Source: Armatimonadota bacterium (GTDB taxonomy: Bacteria; Armatimonadota; Zipacnadia; Zipacnadales; UBA5352). From it: a stretch of 16,554 nt of DNA. The stretch is taken from NCBI GenBank assembly GCA_034722055.1, contig JAYENL010000038.1, positions 97,844 to 114,397 of the forward strand. Direction: 5' to 3'. Made by a program: the position numbers and the translations under genes. Below the pieces are notes generated by a model. That model worked only from the letters and a program-made list of their open reading frames with translations. It was not told the DNA's origin and searched no databases. This document shows, in pieces, positions 8,263 to 15,046 of the stretch (its first letter is position 1; every line of letters starts with the position of its first letter).

Positions 8263-9009
8263 ATGTGGAAGGACGGAAAGCGCTGGGTCTACTCCATCAC
8301 CTATGACGAGGGCTGCCAGGCCCTGCTGGAGCACGCGCTGAAGGCGCACCGCACCTACGGCATCCCCGGCCACGTCTGCCTGGTGGCCAGCCAGGTGGGC
8401 GTGCCGCGGGACGTCCCCGGCAGCAGCTACGACGGCATGATGATCCTGTCGCGGGACGAGATCGACATGCTGCGGGGCGAGGGCTGGGGCGCATCCTGCC
8501 ACGGCATGACTCACGGGACGATCACCGAGGAGAACTGGCGAGAGGAGCTGGTGGAGAGCCGCGAGCTGCTGGAGGAGACGCTGCAGACGCCCATCAGCAT
8601 CTTCTGCCTGCCGGGCAGCAACGATCATTACCCGGTGGTCCGAGAGCACGCCGCGGCTGCGGGCTACAGCGGCATCATGACCATCTACGATGACATCAAC
8701 CGCTGGCCGCCGGAGCCGATGCGGCTGTGTCGCGTGCCGCTGCACACCGAGTATCCTCCGCCCTTCTACTCCGCCTTCGATCCCTTCAAACGCATCCAGC
8801 AGGCGCAGGAGGCCGGGGGCTGGATCATCGACTACTGCCACTGCCCCATGCCCGGCAAGCCGATTCATCCGTGGAAGGACTGCACGCTGGAGCAGCTCGA
8901 GGAGCGCTTCGCCACGGTCCGCGAGCTGGGCGGCGACGAGGTCTGGCTGGCGGAGCCGAACGAGGTCCTGCGCTACGCGTCGGGCGCCGAACGCGGCCAG
9001 CACTCATAG
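8263..9009 (+). CDS. Polysaccharide deacetylase (NodB/CE4-like) family protein, no signal peptide, 248 aa
   Basis: GAGGGGAG RBS. SITYDEG is a TFDDG-motif variant, SCHGMTH is the HxxxH metal motif, followed by EELVESRELLEETL..PISIFCLPG and a C-terminal VWLAEPNEV. Confidence 0.82.
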   Translation: MWKDGKRWVYSITYDEGCQALLEHALKAHRTYGIPGHVCLVASQVGVPRDVPGSSYDGMMILSRDEIDMLRGEGWGASCHGMTHGTITEENWREELVESRELLEETLQTPISIFCLPGSNDHYPVVREHAAAAGYSGIMTIYDDINRWPPEPMRLCRVPLHTEYPPPFYSAFDPFKRIQQAQEAGGWIIDYCHCPMPGKPIHPWKDCTLEQLEERFATVRELGGDEVWLAEPNEVLRYASGAERGQHS

Positions 9010-9050
9010 CCAGCGCGTCGCCGCCGGGCGACTGAAGGAGGAGGTCCCGC

Positions 9051-10316
9051 ATGAGGCGCATCAGCATCATCTACGCACTGGCAGCTTCGGTGGCGCTGGT
9101 GGCTGCGGCGCGCGGCGCGGCCCAGCAGATGCACGTGACCGTGGAGGTTGGGAGGTCGAAGGGCATGGCTACGAACGTCGAGATACAGACGGCCATCGAC
9201 GAGGCCGCCGTACAGGGCGGAGGCGAGGTCGTGATTCCGGCCGGGGAGTACCTCTGCCACAACTCCGTGATGCTGCGGGACAACATCGTCCTGCGCGGCG
9301 ATGGCGAGGTGATCCTGCGCAAGTCCGACGGCTTCAGCAGGCCGCTGGTCTCCGACTGCGGCTTCTATCATGATCGCGTGAAGGTCGAGGACCCGTCCGA
9401 GTGGCGCGTCGGCTGGGGCGTCGCCCTGCAGGCCGCACCGAAGCCCCGTGGCTTCTTCGACGACGTGCGGACGATCGCCGCCATCGAGGGCGATGACCTG
9501 GTCCTCGATCGGCCCGTCGATCACTCCGATTTCACCGTCCGCGGCGGCGCCACCGTCCAGAACGTCTTCCCCATCATCGCAGGATACGGCGTGACTGACG
9601 CGGCCATCGAGGGCATCATCTGCGACGGGAACAGGGAGGGCAACCCGCCGCTGAACGGCTGCCGGGGCGGCGCGATATACCTCTTCCAGTGCGAGCGCTG
9701 CCGGATAGAGGACTGCGTCGCCCGCAACTTCAACGGCGATGGGATCAGCTACCAGGTCAGCCCCCATACCGAGGTCTCGGGATGCACCGCCTACGGCAAT
9801 GCCAACCTCGGCCTGCACCCCGGCTCCGGCAGCCACCACACGCGGATCACCGACTGCGAGGTCTACGAAAACGGAGGCGTGGGGCTGTTCCTGTGCTGGC
9901 GCGTCACCCACAGCCGCCTCGAAGGCAACCACATTCACGACAACGGGTCATTCGGCATCTCCGTCGGCCACAAGGATACCGACAACACCTTCGTGGACAA
10001 CGTCATCGAGGGCAACGCCCGGCACGGTGTCTACCTGCGCGACGAGCCCGACTACAACTCGGGCCACCGCTGCACCTTCCACCGCAACCTCATCCGCAAC
10101 AACGGAGGCCCCGAGGACGCCGCCATCTGGATCGACGGCCACACGGAGGGCACGCGGATCCTCGGCAACCGCATCATCGATGACCGCCGGCAGCGGGCGG
10201 CCTGCGCCCTGCACGTGGGCGAGAACGTGGTCAGCCTGACGTGGAAGGGCAATGAACTGAACGGATTCGAGACCGCCATCGTGAACGAGTCGCCGGCGGT
10301 GGAGCTCGGCGACTGA
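9051..10316 (+). CDS. Secreted right-handed parallel beta-helix protein (pectin-lyase-like fold), 421 aa
   Basis: GAAGGAGGAGGT RBS and a signal peptide. N-terminal IQTAIDEAAVQGGGEVVIPAGEY, then PbH1-type repeats (IEDCVARNFNGDGIS, ITDCEVYENGGVGLF, LEGNHIHDNGSFGIS, FVDNVIEGNARHGVY). Confidence 0.88.
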   Translation: MRRISIIYALAASVALVAAARGAAQQMHVTVEVGRSKGMATNVEIQTAIDEAAVQGGGEVVIPAGEYLCHNSVMLRDNIVLRGDGEVILRKSDGFSRPLVSDCGFYHDRVKVEDPSEWRVGWGVALQAAPKPRGFFDDVRTIAAIEGDDLVLDRPVDHSDFTVRGGATVQNVFPIIAGYGVTDAAIEGIICDGNREGNPPLNGCRGGAIYLFQCERCRIEDCVARNFNGDGISYQVSPHTEVSGCTAYGNANLGLHPGSGSHHTRITDCEVYENGGVGLFLCWRVTHSRLEGNHIHDNGSFGISVGHKDTDNTFVDNVIEGNARHGVYLRDEPDYNSGHRCTFHRNLIRNNGGPEDAAIWIDGHTEGTRILGNRIIDDRRQRAACALHVGENVVSLTWKGNELNGFETAIVNESPAVELGD

Positions 10317-10338
10317 TGCAGAGCACGGCCGCGTGGAA

Positions 10339-10531
10339 GCGTACCTTCACCCCATCGTGGTCAGCGGCGATTCGCCCCGTGTGTCGGTGGGAGAGGCCGC
10401 CTGACGCTCCAGGTCGTTTGCTGGAGCCGAAGCCGGCCCGGCCGTCGCTTCGCCTGTAGCCCGCGGGCCGACTTCGCGCGACTGCTGGGCAGTCGCCCTC
10501 AAGCGGCCCCTCCAGGCAAGCCACCCTCGCA
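10339..10531 (-). other. Structured repeat element (four-way junction; candidate ncRNA or REP-derived MITE), copy 1, core 10389-10514
   Basis: Inverted homolog of 11948-12156. Shares exact 26-nt (10420-10445 vs 12050-12075) and 18-nt (10463-10480 vs 11999-12016) blocks, and the four stems are conserved. Confidence 0.75.
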
Positions 10532-10565
10532 CCACCTATGGGGATCGCGTGGAGATCGCGCCCGT

Positions 10566-11651
10566 TCAGTCCCGCTCCAGCCACAGCTCAAAGGGCCGCG
10601 CGTCGGGAGGCGGCGTGAAGGGCAGCTCCACCTTTCGGCCCGTGCCCGCGGACTCGTAGGCGGCGAAGATGATCTCCATCACCGCCCTGCCGTCCTCGCC
10701 GGTCTCCAGGGGCTCCTCATCGTTCAGGATGCAGTCCACGAAGTGCTGCATCTCCTGCGGGAAGCCGTAGTTCCAGGACTCCTCGTACATCGTGAAGCTC
10801 CAGCCCCGCGTGGTGGCGGCCTTCTCCACCGCGTAGTCATAGCCGGTATCCGAGTAGGTCAAGAATGAGCTGCCCCGCAGCAGGTCCGCGAAGATGACGC
10901 CCTCGGAGCCGTAGATCTCCGCGCGGTCGTCCATCCCGCCCTTCTTGATCCAGGACTCCTCGGCGATGCCGCGGGCGCCGCCCTCGAACTCCACGATGAT
11001 GGTGGCGTTGTCATCTCCGCGGGTGCGATCCCCGCGCAGGTGCGTGTCCATGTCGGCGTAGACGCTCACCGCCCGCGGCTTGTCCAGCATCCAGCGGAAG
11101 AACTCGAAGCCGTGGCAGCCCATGTCCAGCGTCACGCCTCCGCCCGACAGCTCCAGGTCCCAGAACCAGTCCGCGTGGGGGCCATCGTGCTTCTCGCACT
11201 GCTTCAGCAGGTAGACCTCGCCGAGAGCCCCCGCATCCACAAGCTGCTTGGCCCGAACGTACTTGGGCGCGAAGCACAGCTCCTCCGCGTAGCAGAGCGT
11301 GACGCCGGCGTCAGCGCAGGCGCCAATCATCCGGTCCGCCTCCTCCATGGTGGTGCACAGCGGCTTCTCGCAGATGACGTGCTTGCCCGCGGACGCGGCA
11401 TCGCAGCAGGCCTGGCAGTGCAGGTAGTTCGGCAGGCCCAGCACCACGGCATCGACCTCCGGCAGCTCCAGCATCTCCCGGTAGTCCGTGAACCACCGGT
11501 CGATGCCGTGCCGCCCCGCGAACTCCCGCACATGCTCCTCCGTCGGCGATGCCACCGCGACGATCTCCGCGCTCGGTATGCGTGCGAAGGACTCCGCGTG
11601 TATCTCCGCCACGAACTGCGAGCCGATCATGCCGACGCCGAGTCTGTCCAT
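10566..11651 (-). CDS. Gfo/Idh/MocA family NAD(P)-dependent oxidoreductase, 361 aa
   Basis: GGAGGG RBS before ATG 11651 (MDRLGVGMIGSQFVAEIH, Rossmann start). Motifs DYREMLELPEVDAV, PNYLH, GKHVICEKP, SGGGVTLDMGCH and TGEDGRAVMEIIFAAYESA. Confidence 0.92.
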   Translation of the reverse strand: MDRLGVGMIGSQFVAEIHAESFARIPSAEIVAVASPTEEHVREFAGRHGIDRWFTDYREMLELPEVDAVVLGLPNYLHCQACCDAASAGKHVICEKPLCTTMEEADRMIGACADAGVTLCYAEELCFAPKYVRAKQLVDAGALGEVYLLKQCEKHDGPHADWFWDLELSGGGVTLDMGCHGFEFFRWMLDKPRAVSVYADMDTHLRGDRTRGDDNATIIVEFEGGARGIAEESWIKKGGMDDRAEIYGSEGVIFADLLRGSSFLTYSDTGYDYAVEKAATTRGWSFTMYEESWNYGFPQEMQHFVDCILNDEEPLETGEDGRAVMEIIFAAYESAGTGRKVELPFTPPPDARPFELWLERD

Positions 11652-11739
11652 ACTGCACCCTCCCTGCCCGTCCAGCTTCACACGTCGCGCGCTGGGAGCC
11701 TTCCCCACACTCGCGACGACTCCTGCCGATGCCCCAGCA

Positions 11740-11775
11740 ACGGCGGGCGGGCTGGGCAGCCCGCGGCTCCGTACG
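11740..11775 (-). repeat. Variant GGAG-type REP-like palindrome
   Basis: ACGGCGG-GCGGGCT-GGGC-AGCCCGC-GGCTCCGTACG. Its flanks (ACGGCGG..., CTCC.TACG) resemble the 6187/11884 REP, but the stem differs. Confidence 0.6.
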
Positions 11776-11832
11776 ACATGACTGCAAGGGCGGCCGACCC
11801 AACACCATTCATGGAACGAGAACGGCAACGAC

Positions 11833-11858
11833 GGGCGGGCAGGGAAGCCCGCCCCTCG
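11833..11858 (-). repeat. CGAG-headed REP-like palindrome
   Basis: GGGCGGGC-AGGGAA-GCCCGCCC-CTCG: 8-bp stem followed by the reverse complement of a CGAG head. Confidence 0.6.
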
Positions 11859-11947
11859 GAGACCTCCGGTCTCAACGGCATGAACGGCGGGCCGGACAGT
11901 GGTCCGGCCCCTCCATACGGCCTTACCTTTGGAGACCTTCGGTCTCA
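11858..11947. repeat. Two copies of the short hairpin GGAGACC-TYC-GGTCTCA (11858-11874 and 11931-11947)
   Basis: 6-bp stems GAGACC/GGTCTC with TCC or TTC loops, 16/17 identical, bracketing the 11884-11921 REP. Confidence 0.75.
11884..11921 (-). repeat. GGAG-headed REP-like palindrome (38 bp), copy 2
   Basis: 38/38 identical to 6187-6224, same orientation, 5.7 kb away. Confidence 0.9.
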
Positions 11948-12156
11948 TGCGGAGGGCTGTTGGCCGTGGAGGGGCCGTTTGCGGGCGCTTCTCAGGAGCG
12001 CGCGAAGTCGGCCCGCTGCACGCGAAGCAATCGGCGGCGTGGACGGCCAACGGCCGGGCCGGCTTCGGCTCCAGCGAACGATGCTGGAGGGTCAGACGGC
12101 CCCTCCAGACGGCACACATCGAATCGCCACTCGCCACGATGTGGGCGGAGGTAAGC
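11948..12156 (+). other. Structured repeat element (four-way junction; candidate ncRNA or REP-derived MITE), copy 2, core 11967-12107
   Basis: P1 11967-11981/12093-12107, P2 11985-11991/11995-12001, P3 12003-12015/12055-12067, P4 12069-12075/12083-12089. Homologous to 10339-10531 in inverted orientation. Confidence 0.75.
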
Positions 12157-12277
12157 CGTACGACGTCACTGCAATGGATCACCGCAACAGCCGGGGCGCA
12201 GAGGTCTTGCGCCGCTTGCACGCGAAACCGGCTGCGCCGGCCTGACATCGGATGGCGCACAGGAGGAGGACAACAGC

Positions 12278-15007
12278 GTGCCGAGCTACCGGCGATGGCT
12301 TGTTGCTCTCGCGCTCGGTACCGTCTGCGCGACCATGAGCGGCGCACAGATGACTCACCCGCTGATGCCGGGCGTCCGCTGCCAGGATGTGTGGGACCCC
12401 GACTGGCCGCGGGTGCTGCACGACCGCCAGCTCACGGGCTTCTCCCCGCTCGTCCTGGGGATGGAGGAGGCGCCGGAGGTCTGGGCCACCATCGAGGTGG
12501 GAGGCGAGCTGTCCTGGGTCAGGCAGGTACGGGCGGCCGACGGCACTGATCTGCTGCTGGTGAATGACGGCCGCCTGCGCCTGGTGACCATGGAGGGTAA
12601 GGTGCTCTGGACCGGCGCCGACTCCGGCTCGCTGGCCTTCTTCGGCGACCTCCGCGGCGACGGCCGCGATTACGTGGTGCTGACGGCGGGCGCGCGGCTG
12701 TCGGTGCTCGACGCGGCCACGGGAGAGCTCTACTGGCGGCACGCCTTCGAGCCGCCACACGTCTACCTGCGATGCCAGGTCGGCGACGTGCTGCCGGACA
12801 CGCCCGGCATGGAGGCGGCGGTCTTCCAGCAGTACGGCCAGGAGGGCTGCCTGATAAGCTTCCCTCCCGATGCAGAGCCGCGGTTCGTCTGGCGCCGCAC
12901 CGTGGTGGAGCCGGGCGAGCACCCCGAGCGGGCAGACCACGGCTGTGACATCCGCCTGGACCTGCGCGTCCCCGGCGAGCCGGTGATCTGGAACGTGAGG
13001 CATCATCGGTGCCGGGGATTCGAAGCACGCACCGGGGAGACGATCAGCTCCCTGGTCTACGACATCGGCGGCGCTCACCGGCGGAACTACGGCCCGTGGG
13101 CGCTGGGGACGGCGCGCGACGGTCGGCCCATCATCTGCGTCGCGGGCGAGGCCATCCAGCAGCACGTGCACGGGATCATCCTCAACCGCGACGGGCCCTC
13201 GGACCTGGCGTGGCAGCACTACTACGGTGAGGTCTACCAGACGCCCGGCGTCGCCCTGGAGTGCATCAGCATCAGCGACATCGATGCCGATGGCGCCACT
13301 GAGATCCTCTACAACGTGCGCGATCCCGAACATGAGTTTCGCCCATTCGTGCGGGTGCGGGACGGGAGCACGGGCGAGGTCGAGATCGAGCTGCGCGACT
13401 GCGTCTGCGAGGGCCTCTGCCCGGCAGTCGGAGGGGAGAGCGGCGGCGGGCTGATCGTCCGCCGCCTCTCGGGTGAGGGCGAAGCGCGGCTCGAGGTCCA
13501 TCGCATTGCCGGCTCCGGCAGCGTCGAACGCATCGCGGGCTTCGACGCCGCGCGTCTCTACGGCGTGGTCGCAGCTACGGACGCCGGGCCGGGAGAGCTG
13601 CTTCTGCTGCATGGTGACGAAGAGGGACCGGAGCTCGTCCGCTACCGGCTCGTGGAGGATGGTCTTGAGCAGGTCGCGGCGACCCGGGAGCGAGTCCTCA
13701 CTGAGGCGGACATTCGCCTGGCGATTGGGCGCGAGGGCCAGCCGCTGCGGATGCTGGTGACCGGCGCATCGGGGAGTCTGGAGGCGGTCGATTGGCCGGG
13801 CGCGGTGCAGTGGAGCCTGCCGCTGGCGGGCGGCCGGCCGGCATCGCTGTCGGCGGCCGACCTCACCGGCGACGGCCGCGCCGAGCTCATCGCCGCCGTC
13901 CCCGGCGACGCCGTGTGCATCTACTCGCTCAGCGACTCCGGGGACTCCCGGGTGCTGGCGGAGCACGAGTTCGAGGCTCCCAGAGGTCGCCTGGGGCCGC
14001 TGCTGTATGACCTGGAGGGCGACGGGAGGCTGTGCCTGATCGCGCCTGGACGCACCCCCACCGGCAGGCTGTGCATCAGGGCCTGGCGCGCGGACCACAC
14101 GCTGCTGTGGAAGAGCGTCCTCGAGGACCTGCCCGCCAGCGAGGACATCGAGGTCGTGGCCTGGAACGCAGGCGAGTTCCTCCCCGGGCCCAGGGCCGGC
14201 GTGGCCATCTCAGTGGCGAGCCCGGACCGAACGGTGGAGGGGACCTTCCTTCTGGACGGGCGAGACGGCACCGTCCTGTGGTTCCGCGATCTCTATCACA
14301 ACCAGGGGCGATGGCGCGGAGTCCGGCCCATCGGCATCCCCGGGGCCTTCGACATCGACGGCGACGGCGTCGAAGAGGTCCTCATGGACATGTACAGCTA
14401 CATGGCATTCCTGCGCGGCGAGGACGGGAGCTTCGCCCGCATTCACCACACTGCCAACATCACGGCTGAGGACTCGCTCTACGCCGCGCTGCTCTACAAC
14501 AGCTACTGCCCGGTCTACCGATCGCCCGACGCCACCGAGCCGCACTGGTTCGTGCCGCTGGGCCACGGCCGCTTCGGGCTGATGAAGCCCGACCCGGCGG
14601 AGGGCATCTGGCGCGAGGTCGCGGGCTACGACGTTCCGGACAAGGCCGGGCTGATTGACGTGGACGGTGACGGCTCGCTGGAGGCCGGCTATTCCCTGCG
14701 CAACAGCCGGACATTCGTCTGCCGGGACCTATGGAGCGGGGAGGTGGAGTGGGAGCTGGAGCTTCCCTCGCCGCCCGCCGGACCGGTCCTGTGCGCCGAT
14801 GTTGACGGCGACGGCAGGGGGGAGTTCCTGGTCGGGCCCTTCTGCATCGGCACCAACGAGGACGGGGCCGGCGAGGTCCGCTGGCAGGCGCCGCTGTGGC
14901 TGAGCTGGGCCGTCATCGCGGACTTCGACGGCTGCGGCCAAGGAGAGATCGCGACCGCCACCAGCGGCAGGATCCTCGTGCTCAAGGCCCGGACACAAGA
15001 GCAGTAG
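12278..15007 (+). CDS. Secreted FG-GAP/VCBS-repeat beta-propeller protein, 909 aa
   Basis: AGGAGGAGGA RBS at 12261-12270, GTG start and a signal peptide (MPSYRRWLVALALGTVCATMSGA). About eight DxDGDG-type Ca-binding loops (DLRGDGRD, DIDADGATE, DLTGDGRAE, DLEGDGRL, DIDGDGVEE, DVDGDGSLE, DVDGDGRGE, DFDGCGQGE) plus PQQ-like LDAATGELYW and LDGRDGTVLW blades. Confidence 0.85.
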   Translation: MPSYRRWLVALALGTVCATMSGAQMTHPLMPGVRCQDVWDPDWPRVLHDRQLTGFSPLVLGMEEAPEVWATIEVGGELSWVRQVRAADGTDLLLVNDGRLRLVTMEGKVLWTGADSGSLAFFGDLRGDGRDYVVLTAGARLSVLDAATGELYWRHAFEPPHVYLRCQVGDVLPDTPGMEAAVFQQYGQEGCLISFPPDAEPRFVWRRTVVEPGEHPERADHGCDIRLDLRVPGEPVIWNVRHHRCRGFEARTGETISSLVYDIGGAHRRNYGPWALGTARDGRPIICVAGEAIQQHVHGIILNRDGPSDLAWQHYYGEVYQTPGVALECISISDIDADGATEILYNVRDPEHEFRPFVRVRDGSTGEVEIELRDCVCEGLCPAVGGESGGGLIVRRLSGEGEARLEVHRIAGSGSVERIAGFDAARLYGVVAATDAGPGELLLLHGDEEGPELVRYRLVEDGLEQVAATRERVLTEADIRLAIGREGQPLRMLVTGASGSLEAVDWPGAVQWSLPLAGGRPASLSAADLTGDGRAELIAAVPGDAVCIYSLSDSGDSRVLAEHEFEAPRGRLGPLLYDLEGDGRLCLIAPGRTPTGRLCIRAWRADHTLLWKSVLEDLPASEDIEVVAWNAGEFLPGPRAGVAISVASPDRTVEGTFLLDGRDGTVLWFRDLYHNQGRWRGVRPIGIPGAFDIDGDGVEEVLMDMYSYMAFLRGEDGSFARIHHTANITAEDSLYAALLYNSYCPVYRSPDATEPHWFVPLGHGRFGLMKPDPAEGIWREVAGYDVPDKAGLIDVDGDGSLEAGYSLRNSRTFVCRDLWSGEVEWELELPSPPAGPVLCADVDGDGRGEFLVGPFCIGTNEDGAGEVRWQAPLWLSWAVIADFDGCGQGEIATATSGRILVLKARTQEQ

Positions 15008-15046
15008 GAGGAGGAAGACGCAACGGGCCCATCGCCCAGCGATCCC

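Noticed and set aside
11967..12107. tRNA, or hammerhead or HDV-like ribozyme, reading of the cloverleaf-like element
   Set aside because: No T-loop or D-loop consensus, a 15-bp closing stem, and a terminal CCA that is base-paired and absent in copy 1. No CUGANGA/GAAA core or nested pseudoknot could be found by eye.
11652..12347. 232-aa N-terminal extension of the Gfo/Idh/MocA ORF and overlapping ORFs such as 11899..12549
   Set aside because: These read through REPs and the structured element. The RBS and Rossmann motif set the start at 11651.
313..14098. Long antisense and alternative-frame ORFs (313..1272, 2083..3441, 5024..5989, 7229..8227, 11040..12245, 12179..14098 and others)
   Set aside because: Shadow ORFs expected at high GC opposite well-supported genes, with no recognisable motifs.
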